Part shown: positions 8,848 to 17,983 of the stretch, piece by piece | Position numbering within the stretch: the stretch's first letter is position 1 | How the letters are laid out: every line of letters begins with the position of its first letter | Origin: a virus | Reading direction: 5' to 3' (one strand) | Virus record (IMG/VR): IMGVR_UViG_3300017991_000051 | Coordinates: 1-64,000 of that record | Length of the DNA stretch: 64,000 nucleotides | Program-made: the position numbers and the translations under genes | Notes under the pieces: generated by a model | Seen by the model: only the letters and a program-made list of their open reading frames with translations | Database searches by the model: none | What the model was told of the DNA's origin: nothing

Positions 8848-8873
8848 GCCCGGCGGGCGTGAACCTGCCGGGC
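8848..8873 (-). terminator. hairpin + U-rich tail at the array 5' boundary; related hairpins at 5724-5750 and 5956-5979
   Basis: gcccggcaggttcacgcccgccgggc followed by ttatttcattt on the minus strand. Confidence 0.5.
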
Positions 8874-8960
8874 AGCTAACGAAGAGGCCCGTTCCAGGGT
8901 CGGTCTACCTCGCGTCACGGGCCAACGACACGACGTCCGATTGATTTTTGTACAGAGGAA

Positions 8961-9318
8961 TGGAGCCGCTGGGAGTCGAACCCAGGTCCGTTCGAGAGTC
9001 ACCTAGTGACTCATTCACGTGCGTAGTCGCTGATCTGTATACGGCTCATGCGACAAGCCTCTCACGTCTTTCCGTGATTGCCAGCTCTCCCGCTTTTACA
9101 CCACTGTGTTCGGGTAAGCATCCCACACAGCCGGCGACCCGATGTCGTCGTCAGCACCCGCTATCGGGCGTCACCGGGCTGACGATGGTGGCCTAAGCCG
9201 CCATAGGTAGTGCTTCGTTATCGGCACTTGAATGTTTCCGGATGTTTAACGAGGCCAACCGGAGTCCTCGGCACGCAATCACACAGATCCTTCTCGACGT
9301 CGAATCCATTACGGCCCC
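8961..9318 (-). ncRNA. ssrA: tmRNA, tag peptide (A)ADNEALPMAA
   Basis: 5' GGGGCCGTAATGGATTCGAC; 3' CTGGGTTCGACTCCCAGCGGCTCCA (CCA not encoded); tag ORF 9225-9193 GCC GAT AAC GAA GCA CTA CCT ATG GCG GCT TAG. Confidence 0.95.
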
Positions 9319-9327
9319 AAAGCAGAA

Positions 9328-9356
9328 AGTATAACGCGTTAAACGATTACGCGCAA
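9328..9356 (-). promoter_or_regulatory. sigma70-like promoter of the tmRNA
   Basis: TTGCGC-17 bp-TATACT ending 10 nt before the tmRNA 5' end. Confidence 0.7.
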
Positions 9357-9651
9357 TACCTATTGAGCAGCTTTCTTCACGGCGTCCGCCACCAGGCTCC
9401 GATCGATCATCGCCATCCCGTTCTTGCCCCAGACGATGACCTTCTCCCCGCTCGATACCAAGCTGGCGTCGAACGGCCCGGAGAAGTGATCGAGAGCGCG
9501 CATAAACGCCATATTGAACTCTTTCAACTGCTCTTTCAATTTCTTGATTTTCCGCCGGCGTTGCGTTTCCGTCCCGCCGTTGGTTCCCATGATAGCGTAG
9601 GCTTGACGCAGCGGGTAGCTGGGATAATACCTGCGTGCGTGCGCCACCACC

Positions 9652-9963
9652 TCAGGCGGCGCGTGCCTCTGTGCTCTGCTCGCCAATATCCTTCCTCCTC
9701 TTCCTTCTGTGCTTCCGCCCCCGAAGACGAAGGCTGTTAACGCGCCGTGCCCGCCGAGCATTCTTCCGCCGCTTTTTCTTCTCGCGGGCGCGCTTCGCCT
9801 CCAACGGAGTCCGCGGCTCGAACTTCCGCAGCGTAGGCTTTTTCTTCTCTTCCTTCTTCGGGATGAAACCGTCCTTCTTCTTGGCGTCCGGGCTCCGGAG
9901 AGCCCAGCAGTTTCTGACCTTGTGGGCCAGCTTGTTCAATCCTGCGACAAAGTCACGTATCAT
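9652..9963 (-). CDS. small highly basic hypothetical protein
   Basis: 103 aa, K/R-rich, AGGAGG SD. Confidence 0.55.
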   Translation of the reverse strand: MIRDFVAGLNKLAHKVRNCWALRSPDAKKKDGFIPKKEEKKKPTLRKFEPRTPLEAKRAREKKKRRKNARRARRVNSLRLRGRKHRRKRRKDIGEQSTEARAA

Positions 9964-9992
9964 CTTACAGTACCTCCTTGCTGGTATTGCAG

Positions 9993-10637
9993 TTAACTGA
10001 GATCGTACTCAGTGTTTCCGTATTGCCCCTTCAACATGAAATCGAATGTGGAGAAGGCCACCGGCTGATGAAACGCCGGCATCTCGCAGTAAACGAAGTA
10101 CACGCCCCGCAGCTCGCATAAGCGTGTAGGCAGGACGACGTCCCGCTCTTGCCCGTGCAGCAGCGCATCCTTCATGCGGTCTGCCACAACTTGATACTCG
10201 GTGCCAGCAGAGATATGGGCGTGGGTCTCGCTGTCGCCGCGGTAGTAGGAGAAGTATGGACTGAATGCAGTCGTCAGGTAGTCCACTTTTTTCGAACAGT
10301 GTTTGCACTTTCCAACGTTTGGCCCTCTTTCCCACACGGGTGACGAGCGGTATTCCAACTCGTAACACGCAGGGCAGATCCGCCGGCCAATAGCGGCGTT
10401 CATTTTGTAGCGCACTCGATCGGCCCCGCCGATGCGTAGGCGCCCGTCCTCGTATGTCGCTCCGTACCCAGTCATGAACAACTTGGGTATTCCCTTAGGC
10501 GTGGGTGACGGCGTGACACTCATCACGATCACCTCCAAGTCGTCAACCGGCATCTTCACCACTCCCGGGTTCTGCCGATTGCGTATGCGTAGCACCGCAC
10601 GCGTAGTCAAGTCGCGGTCGCCAACTGTGCTCGTCAT
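9993..10637 (-). CDS. hypothetical protein with Zn-ribbon
   Basis: CPAC...CKHC; AGGAGG SD. Confidence 0.65.
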   Translation of the reverse strand: MTSTVGDRDLTTRAVLRIRNRQNPGVVKMPVDDLEVIVMSVTPSPTPKGIPKLFMTGYGATYEDGRLRIGGADRVRYKMNAAIGRRICPACYELEYRSSPVWERGPNVGKCKHCSKKVDYLTTAFSPYFSYYRGDSETHAHISAGTEYQVVADRMKDALLHGQERDVVLPTRLCELRGVYFVYCEMPAFHQPVAFSTFDFMLKGQYGNTEYDLS

Positions 10638-10760
10638 ACCTCCTCCTCTTTACCTAATTGCTAAAAAAATGGGCACCGGGAAACATTTCCGCGCACCCGC
10701 GGAAAGTATTTCAGGGTGCCCATAGAATTATGCCGTAAAGTACGGCATAATTTAACCAAG

Positions 10761-11459
10761 CTATTTGTCCTTCAGGGACACGCTGTCGACCACCGTCGCC
10801 TCCTGTACGACCTGCGGTGCGGGTGTCGCACGGCGCAGTCGGACCGGCGGGTACTTCCCGATGGGTTCCGTCGCCACCTGATAGCGGTTACCGCTCGGCA
10901 GGAAGAGGGCGATGATCGCCTTCTTGTTACTGTCCTCCGGATCATACTCGTTGCGGTCGACTGCCATCGGGTCGGGTATCACCAACTCCACGCAGTTGAC
11001 CGTCCAGTAGGTCTGTGTCTCCTTCTGACGGATCCGTTGGGAGGTCATGAACTTGACCAGCTGGTCGAAGCCCGCCTTCTCCTTCTCGTCCAGCCACACC
11101 CCCTCCAACACCGCGTTCCACGGGCCGAGGCCGGCGAACACGGGGTTCTTGAAGTTGAGGACGATGCGCGGTCCCTCGTACCGCTTCTTCGTATCCTCCA
11201 GCATGGTCCGGAATTCACCGAGGATGTCGAAGGGTACGCTGCAGCACATGTACACGGGACCGAGGCTAAAGAACCGAAAGTCGGACAAGTCCGACAATCG
11301 CTTCGCCTCGCTCAGCTTCGTGCTCCCCGCAGGGCGTCCTCCGATATCGATCTCGTCGATGACGTGGTCCTTCTCTCCCGTGAACTCGATACACTTGTCA
11401 CCGAACTCAACGAGCCGAAGCCAGTCCTGCATCATGATCTGTTTGTCTGCTTCGTCCAT
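10761..11459 (-). CDS. hypothetical protein
   Basis: 232-aa ORF in the operon. Confidence 0.65.
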   Translation of the reverse strand: MDEADKQIMMQDWLRLVEFGDKCIEFTGEKDHVIDEIDIGGRPAGSTKLSEAKRLSDLSDFRFFSLGPVYMCCSVPFDILGEFRTMLEDTKKRYEGPRIVLNFKNPVFAGLGPWNAVLEGVWLDEKEKAGFDQLVKFMTSQRIRQKETQTYWTVNCVELVIPDPMAVDRNEYDPEDSNKKAIIALFLPSGNRYQVATEPIGKYPPVRLRRATPAPQVVQEATVVDSVSLKDK

Positions 11460-11460
11460 A

Positions 11461-12057
11461 TCAGAATCCCATCATAGTTGAGATGCTTACGGCAGCCGCC
11501 GCCCACAACTCGGCGTCGCACTCCGCATCACGTTTCAGGATATCCCTCGCGTTCTGCTGAACGTCGGGGATCCACGTTGCGATCATCTCCGCGGCCGTCA
11601 TAACCCCCTTCGCGCCACTGCACGAGTAGAGATTGATGAGGTTCACAGGCTCTGCCGGAGCGAACTGCGAGTTCCATATCCACCCCGGCGGAACAACGCC
11701 TTGACTTGCGGCGGACCAGCCACACAGGCGGAGGCTGTCCAGCAGTTCGAAACCGAAAACATCGGCATCCGTTTCCTCCCCGATCTTCTCATCGACGAGC
11801 CACTTCATGAGGCCTACTCCGTCCGTCACCTGAGACACGATCGGTGTCTTGCCGGATCCGACGGTGGCAATGCACACTCGGTGCGCGTCGCCTGCAGCTA
11901 CATGCGTCGCCGCCGTCTCCGCCTGCTTCGCCTGCAGTTCGGGCAGTTTAGCTTCGTAAGTCTCCTGCTTCCAGTTCGACGGCTTTTTCGGCGGCCCGAT
12001 GATTTCCTGCCAGTTGTCAGCAGCCTTGAACTCAAAACCCAAAAAGATATCTCTCAC
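11461..12057 (-). CDS. probable inactivated 3'-5' exonuclease-like (PolB-exo/DnaQ fold) protein
   Basis: IFLGFE replaces the usual DIE ExoI motif; P.KPSNWK...A....GD..RVCI pattern resembles phage PolB-exo-like proteins. Confidence 0.4.
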   Translation of the reverse strand: MRDIFLGFEFKAADNWQEIIGPPKKPSNWKQETYEAKLPELQAKQAETAATHVAAGDAHRVCIATVGSGKTPIVSQVTDGVGLMKWLVDEKIGEETDADVFGFELLDSLRLCGWSAASQGVVPPGWIWNSQFAPAEPVNLINLYSCSGAKGVMTAAEMIATWIPDVQQNARDILKRDAECDAELWAAAAVSISTMMGF

Positions 12058-12137
12058 ATCTTCCTCCTGTCCAGTTATTTGTAGCGGATTGGCTGTAAGG
12101 AAAACTACCCCGTTTTCCTTACAGAAATTTAGAAAAA

Positions 12138-12701
12138 CTACCCCGTTTTTCTAACTATGAAACGCATCTTACTGTAACGTTTCTTCTCCCAACCCTTCCG
12201 GCGAAACGCTTCATACAAAGCTTTCTGGTAGCGGAGGCATGCCGCCTCCGTATTCATGTAGCTGTCCTTCGCCGGGTACAGCTCGACCATGAGGTAACAG
12301 CCGGGTGCTGCTACACGCAGTATCTCGTTGAATATCTGTTTACATTCTTGACCGTCCAAGAACATTAGCACGTAGTTGCAGAGTATAACATCCGCATATC
12401 CTTTTCGAAATGGCAGAGGATCCTTACCCAATACACACGTGATGCACTTATTGGGGGGAGCCATATCCACCGGCTTAACCTCGTGAAACCCCTGATTACG
12501 CATGAATCGCGTGTTACGGCAGTTACCGCAACCGATGTCGATAACATGCGTTTTGTACTTTGGTCTCCCGTCTTCGGTGAATAGTTTTATGTTATCTCGT
12601 AGGTACGGGGTAGGTATGTCCCTCCTGCTACAACGTACGCACCACCGGTCATTCAGATACTTACGGCTCACTTGTCTCCCCCTCCGGTTTCGTAATCTCA
12701 T
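12138..12701 (-). CDS. class I SAM-dependent methyltransferase
   Basis: VIDIGCG, ADVILCNYVLMFL, EILRVAAPG. Confidence 0.8.
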   Translation of the reverse strand: MRLRNRRGRQVSRKYLNDRWCVRCSRRDIPTPYLRDNIKLFTEDGRPKYKTHVIDIGCGNCRNTRFMRNQGFHEVKPVDMAPPNKCITCVLGKDPLPFRKGYADVILCNYVLMFLDGQECKQIFNEILRVAAPGCYLMVELYPAKDSYMNTEAACLRYQKALYEAFRRKGWEKKRYSKMRFIVRKTG

Positions 12702-13104
12702 CCGCCGTCCGCTGAATCTCCTTCATCTTCCGGCGATTATCCTCCTGATGCTTCTTCGACATTTTGGCGACGAATTTGACGACTTCCTTCTTCAAGTTGT
12801 CTGCCATCGCCACCTCGTCGAAGGGGCGCGGTGTCCCGTCTGGGAGCATCATCGACTGTTGCAGCGTACCGATAACGGCCGTGGCAGCCGCGGAGCTGTA
12901 GCCTTTCATAGTCATGAGGTACTGGTGGGCCCAGCTGTACAGCTGTGACCCGACTATCAGCGTGCCGGCATACTGTTGGACCAGCGGGTCCTTCAGCATA
13001 GCCGCTACCTCAAGTTGCAACTTGTGCAGATCGATTTCGACCGGCGGGGTGTCCCCCGCCGGCTGTCCGTCTGGTCCCAATATCTTAAGGTGTGGCTTAC
13101 CCAT
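12661..13104 (-). CDS. hypothetical protein
   Basis: 147-aa ORF overlapping its neighbours. Confidence 0.6.
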   Translation of the reverse strand: MGKPHLKILGPDGQPAGDTPPVEIDLHKLQLEVAAMLKDPLVQQYAGTLIVGSQLYSWAHQYLMTMKGYSSAAATAVIGTLQQSMMLPDGTPRPFDEVAMADNLKKEVVKFVAKMSKKHQEDNRRKMKEIQRTADEITKPEGETSEP

Positions 13105-13490
13105 TAGAAGATCCCCAAGAATTTCTTTCGCTTCTTCGGTACTGTAGGCACGTTCGTTACTGCAGGCGCGTTCGTTATCGGCTGGAGGACGGCATGTGCT
13201 CGCAACTGATGGGCACGCGCTACCAGCTCGTTGACCGACGCATTCTTCCTCTGCGCGATCGATTCGTTAATCGCCTGCAGGCCCCAGTACACACCGAGGT
13301 TAAACTGCCCAGGCCCTTCCGTGGCCGTCAGCATGTTCGTGATCACGGTCGTCTGCGCCGCAAAGTCCTCCCGCAACTCCGCATTCCGGATACTGTTCTG
13401 GAATTCGCTGTAGCCAGCCGATACCATGATTGCGATCACCAGCGCAAGCATGACAGTTATCAGATGTCCAACATTCACTTCACTTCTCAT
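13104..13490 (-). CDS. membrane-anchored/secreted hypothetical protein
   Basis: N-terminal hydrophobic helix LITVMLALVIAIMVSA. Confidence 0.6.
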   Translation of the reverse strand: MRSEVNVGHLITVMLALVIAIMVSAGYSEFQNSIRNAELREDFAAQTTVITNMLTATEGPGQFNLGVYWGLQAINESIAQRKNASVNELVARAHQLRAHAVLQPITNAPAVTNVPTVPKKRKKFLGIF

Positions 13491-14038
13491 TTTCTCTCCC
13501 TCGTTAGTTTAAGCAGCGCCTTGTACAAATCCGGGGATTCCTTTCTCCCCGCCGGCGCATTCCACTCCACTTCCATCCCGTACAGTTTAGCCTCCTCGCG
13601 GCTGATCTTCTTCTGCTCCCCCGCGTCGTAGGCCTGCCAGAAGGCATTATCCTCGATGGGAAACAGGGTCGTAAATGGCGGATCCGTCCTCGTCTTGAGA
13701 ATCCGCTCATTAAAATGCAACAAAACGAAACAAATTACGCCGAAGCGCGCCCGCCGCTGCATGTGCTTATACTGGTGCTTGAACGATTTGTGGGTACCCC
13801 CCGACAGATCGTAGCTCGGCTGGCTGGACGCCTTCGCATCGAAGATGAACTGCCGACCTCCCGACAGCACCCCCTCGAAGTCCGGCAGGGACTTGATAGG
13901 CGCCCACTGTCCATCGCGCAATGTCGCCATAACACCGTAACGTCCCATGCAGTATCTGCCTGCCAGCTCGTCGTGCTGACGAGCGCGCCATAGCAGCAGC
14001 TCCTCCAGTTCCTTACCCGTCAACTTCGGTACAATCAT
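13487..14038 (-). CDS. RecU-like Holliday junction resolvase
   Basis: G..LE, KSLPDFEG, FIFDAK, HQYKHM motifs. Confidence 0.7.
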   Translation of the reverse strand: MIVPKLTGKELEELLLWRARQHDELAGRYCMGRYGVMATLRDGQWAPIKSLPDFEGVLSGGRQFIFDAKASSQPSYDLSGGTHKSFKHQYKHMQRRARFGVICFVLLHFNERILKTRTDPPFTTLFPIEDNAFWQAYDAGEQKKISREEAKLYGMEVEWNAPAGRKESPDLYKALLKLTRERK

Positions 14039-14813
14039 ACTTTTGTGTTCTCCACTTTTTAGTTAGTATGTCAGGACGATAGCGTTTAAGGTGCGCTACA
14101 GCAAACGCTGTCAGATCTTTCACGCGCTGCCCTGGCGGATGCTTCTTTGTACGCCGGTCTGGATGTACGCCGTGTCGGCACAGTTCCAAGTTTTCAAGTC
14201 TATTGTCGTCGCGTTTCCCGTTCTTGTGATGTACACATTCATCGGAAAACAAAGAACGTCCCAAGTGTTGCTCCATAACAAGTACGTGCTCGCGCACATA
14301 GCGATATTTATCGCCGCGTTTCCGATCTGGTCGCAGTACGCGTATATACCCCTCTTGGTCTTTTGTACGGCCGCGCCGACCGGTAGTAACATCATCATCC
14401 GTTACACGCAGCTTACGTAGCAACTCCGTGCGTAAGCAGCCGCAACTCTTCGACACCCCGCTCTTCATAGAGGAGCCTAAAACAGACTTTTCAGTACCGC
14501 AATCGCAGCGGCAGATCCATCGCATGCCTCGTTTTGTCGTCGCGGCGCGGTCGCGCCGAAGTACGAGAAGGCGCCCAAAGCGTTTACCTGTAAGATCTAC
14601 AACAGATTTTTTCCTCAATTCAGCGGCCAAGCAACCACAGCTTAAAGTACGTCCTTGGAGTAGGCATGTTCTACTGGTAACGTGCTTTTTACCACAATCG
14701 CAAACACACTCCCAACGATCGTAACATATCCACTTCTTCTTCTCTTTGCAGCGAATGGCCGTAAGTCTACCGAACCGCTGTCCCGTTATGTCGGCCGGAT
14801 ATTTCTTTCTCAT
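14013..14813 (-). CDS. HNH homing endonuclease with tandem Zn-binding DxTGxRFGRL repeats
   Basis: two CxCDCG...SCGC units; EHVLVM...VHHKNG.RDDNRLENL. Confidence 0.9.
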   Translation of the reverse strand: MRKKYPADITGQRFGRLTAIRCKEKKKWICYDRWECVCDCGKKHVTSRTCLLQGRTLSCGCLAAELRKKSVVDLTGKRFGRLLVLRRDRAATTKRGMRWICRCDCGTEKSVLGSSMKSGVSKSCGCLRTELLRKLRVTDDDVTTGRRGRTKDQEGYIRVLRPDRKRGDKYRYVREHVLVMEQHLGRSLFSDECVHHKNGKRDDNRLENLELCRHGVHPDRRTKKHPPGQRVKDLTAFAVAHLKRYRPDILTKKWRTQKYDCTEVDG

Positions 14814-15636
14814 CGTTACACCCCACTACTTCAGCACCTTGGGCTTCGGCTGCTAGTTCGCCGAAAACCAATTTCGTGATGTAACAATCATATCCTGCGT
14901 CGTGTGCTTGGGCAATGGAAACATTGTACTTTAATTCCATATTCCAATACGGTATGCAAAAACGTTCCAGCGCAAAATACACGCCATAAGCGCGCTCCTC
15001 ACCTACCCTTGCGTAGAACTTCCGACAGGACTCGTTGCCGAGGATCCTGCGCTTCAGTATCGCCGCCTTGATCAGCATACCCGTATCGACTAAACCGTCT
15101 TCAGGAAATCGGAAGTCGATGCCGTACTTCTTACAGTTGATCTCGATGAACGGAAGGTCGAACTTCGCTCCGTTCTGCATGACTATAGGATGGCCACCAT
15201 CAACAAACGTCTGGACGATTTCAGTAATCGTCCGAAGACCTTCCCTCGGATCCACGCCCTGTGACCGGACTTCTCCGATGAATTCGGCCTCTGCTTTTTT
15301 ATACCCCGCATCTTCGCGGTTTACCGGCGCTTTAGGGTTATGCGGTATACCCAAGGCCTTCGCGCGCCGGCGTGAGATTTCGAACGTAGCCTGCCGAAGC
15401 TGGTTCTCCTCCAGCTTCAGATAGAGCGTAGACCCCTTAACGGGGTCACACTGCGGTTCCCCGTGCATGACGGGATAGAGCCCTATCTGCCAAATAAATC
15501 CGTTCGCCGGTTCAACGCCCGTAGTTTCCAAGTCGAGGACGAGGAAACTATCCGGGAGTTTTAGTGAACTATCGTTCATTATCCGGCGCAGGTTGTATTG
15601 CAGAGTCTCCGGATCAGGTTTTCTCAGCTTTTTCAT
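14767..15636 (-). CDS. DEDDh 3'-5' exonuclease (DnaQ-like)
   Basis: LDLETTG, QNGAKFDLPF, AHDAGYDC. Confidence 0.88.
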   Translation of the reverse strand: MKKLRKPDPETLQYNLRRIMNDSSLKLPDSFLVLDLETTGVEPANGFIWQIGLYPVMHGEPQCDPVKGSTLYLKLEENQLRQATFEISRRRAKALGIPHNPKAPVNREDAGYKKAEAEFIGEVRSQGVDPREGLRTITEIVQTFVDGGHPIVMQNGAKFDLPFIEINCKKYGIDFRFPEDGLVDTGMLIKAAILKRRILGNESCRKFYARVGEERAYGVYFALERFCIPYWNMELKYNVSIAQAHDAGYDCYITKLVFGELAAEAQGAEVVGCNDEKEISGRHNGTAVR

Positions 15637-15788
15637 TGGTGTCTCCTTCTACGGGCGGCATGATTCGATCAACAAGCTCATGTACGCGGTCGGACTTGGC
15701 GATCACCGCCCCAGTATATGCCGTACATAAGTTTGCCGGCGGACACGGGTCGTCCTGCAACGCTTTCTCTATTAGTCGTTTCCGGCGC

Positions 15789-16217
15789 TTACTCACACGT
15801 ATCCTCCAGTTTCGCCATCAGCTCCGTTACGCCCAACGGCTTTTCACCCGGATGCAACGCCTCACGTATACTCGTAAAGTAGAGTCCGAACATGGCGCGG
15901 GCCAGCCACTTTCCGAACAGCCCAACTACCCACGGCGGGAAAGTCAGTAAGCCTACACGTTCCATTAATTCCGCAACTGTGTCAGGACTGTTGGGCCCTA
16001 CGCACCCGTTGACAAACTCGCCGAGAGTCTTACCATACTGCGCCATTTGCTGCTTACTAACTTCGTCAAGGTTGTTATAGGCTTTATCGGTCTCCATCGC
16101 CTCCAGCGCTTGCTTGACCACATATGGAAAATTATGGGCCACGTCACGCATCGGATTGACCCATACTCCTCTTACATTAGTTCCCGTCGGATCCGGTGCT
16201 CTCTGCTGCATTGTCAT
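15789..16217 (-). CDS. hypothetical protein
   Basis: 142-aa ORF with SD. Confidence 0.6.
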   Translation of the reverse strand: MTMQQRAPDPTGTNVRGVWVNPMRDVAHNFPYVVKQALEAMETDKAYNNLDEVSKQQMAQYGKTLGEFVNGCVGPNSPDTVAELMERVGLLTFPPWVVGLFGKWLARAMFGLYFTSIREALHPGEKPLGVTELMAKLEDTCE

Positions 16218-16290
16218 CGTCTTCCTGATTTATACAACTTATAAAAAGTTGTAATGGGTGCCTTTATCACCCGTTACTTGTTTATGTGTA

Positions 16291-16430
16291 TTTCCTGCTT
16301 CACAGACGCCAGTTTCACTACTGTTGCCAGCAGCCGGAGCTTTCATCTCCACAGGCTTAACTTCCGAGCAACCCACCCGTAGTATGTTGATTGCAGCGTT
16401 GAAGTCTCTGCCGAGTCTCAAGCCGCATTT
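16291..16430 (-). mobile_element. IS200/IS605 tnpB 3'-end remnant
   Basis: CGLRLGRDFNAAINILRVG (TnpB C-terminus) followed by cctgtggaga...gaagcaggaa, a right-end-like sequence. Confidence 0.7.
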
Positions 16431-16467
16431 TTTTGTCAGAAAAACAGCACACAGTTTCTGACAGGTG

Positions 16468-16911
16468 TCAGATAATCGCCGACCCCAAATCAATTCCGTA
16501 TTCATCTATGAGATTGCACAGGTCTTCCGCACACCACTCCAGCGCTTCGTCCGCCGTCTTGAAGTCATGGCCGTAGCGCAATTTTCCCGATAGGTGGTCT
16601 CTGTTGTTCACCAAATCCCATAGAACGAGAAAGGCATCCAGCGCCTTTACGAGCCGGTACTCTTCGTGGCGGTCCTCCGCCTTCACCCACATTTCACGCC
16701 CCGGTGTCGGTTCTCTCGCCGGTATAGGCGCCGGCCGGTTATACAGTCTCGATAACTGGTCGTACCAGCGCTCACTAAAGTGACGTGTCCAACAGGAATT
16801 ACATTCCGGTTTATGCTCCTCGCATGTGCCGCCCGTCTGGCAAACGAAACTCCGCATATATTTCAGCTCCTCGAGGAGCTGTTCCATCGTCTTCTTATCA
16901 ATCTGTACCAC
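16468..16911 (-). CDS. hypothetical protein
   Basis: GAGGAGG SD + GTG at 16911. Confidence 0.55.
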   Translation of the reverse strand: MVQIDKKTMEQLLEELKYMRSFVCQTGGTCEEHKPECNSCWTRHFSERWYDQLSRLYNRPAPIPAREPTPGREMWVKAEDRHEEYRLVKALDAFLVLWDLVNNRDHLSGKLRYGHDFKTADEALEWCAEDLCNLIDEYGIDLGSAII

Positions 16912-16924
16912 TGTTCCCCCCTCC

Positions 16925-17848
16925 TCAGAATTTTGATAGCCACCGCTTTGCCCTGCAGTGGAGACAGTAACCATTTGTCTGTTTCGGATCGTAGTATCCT
17001 TTGTGTCCGCCCGGGCACGGGCTTGGTATGTAGTCGCGCCTGTGTGTCCCCAGCGGGCAACTATCGTATCCCATGTGGCAGAAGTGACACGGCCAGTCCC
17101 CAATCTGGGCACGTACGTCCCCAGAAAGGGGACATACCTTCTTGTAGTCACGCCGTTTGGCAACTCGTGCCTTGTTCCTCTTGTTGAGCGATTCCCGCTC
17201 CATGTACTTTTCCGCATGCAGGTCATGTCCCGGCCTGATCTTCAGTAGAAGGTAGGTACGGACCAGCTCACGTGGATGCAGGATCTGCTGCGATCGCCGC
17301 TTCAGGATACCGATACGGTAAGCGAGCCGGCGGAACGCATTGTTCGTGAAGAACTGCGTAAGCGTCTCATCTGCCGGACCGCCGGAGACGATGTAGAATG
17401 TGACCATGACGCCTCGTATATGCCGGCGTGGTGTCCTGTACTCCTTGACCGAACGCACCATGCCGATGACCCACTCGGGCGTCATCTGGCTTGTCCACGG
17501 GGTTATAGGGGTCCCCGACTTCAGTATGATCACGTTACCCGCCATTCGGGCGATCACATGTTCCGCCAGCTCCGGTGAAAGCACCCGGCCGCCGACCGCG
17601 GCCGTTAGGGTCTCGCGGACGGCGGGGAATGCATTTACTTTATCAAACCGTGCGATCTCATCCGGTATGGGACGGTTGCGGCTCTTATCGAGCGGGCGGC
17701 TCACGGCCTTGGCCGCGGCGTCCAACGTGGCACAATCCATGTCCTCCGCCACAAAGTCGGGGACGAGCACGTCCCCGAACTTACGCCGCCACCGAAGTAC
17801 CTCGTACAGGCTGATGATGGGTATACGTTCTTTCTCTTCTTCAGGCAT
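16925..17848 (-). CDS. hypothetical protein with Cys/His-rich C-terminus
   Basis: 307 aa; CHFC..C..H...C...CLHC. Confidence 0.65.
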   Translation of the reverse strand: MPEEEKERIPIISLYEVLRWRRKFGDVLVPDFVAEDMDCATLDAAAKAVSRPLDKSRNRPIPDEIARFDKVNAFPAVRETLTAAVGGRVLSPELAEHVIARMAGNVIILKSGTPITPWTSQMTPEWVIGMVRSVKEYRTPRRHIRGVMVTFYIVSGGPADETLTQFFTNNAFRRLAYRIGILKRRSQQILHPRELVRTYLLLKIRPGHDLHAEKYMERESLNKRNKARVAKRRDYKKVCPLSGDVRAQIGDWPCHFCHMGYDSCPLGTHRRDYIPSPCPGGHKGYYDPKQTNGYCLHCRAKRWLSKF

Positions 17849-17983
17849 CGTTCATTTGTTCTTCACGGGCAGCATATTGCTATCAATTCACACGAACTCT
17901 TCGGGTAACTCGTCTGCTCTTGGTTCGTAACGACTGGTCGGGTATCACTCATGCGTCGACTTTGTAGCAACGATACAAACTCT

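Noticed and set aside
8948-9740. ORFs 8948-9196 and 9210-9740 on the + strand
   Set aside because: They overlap the tmRNA and minus-strand genes in antisense
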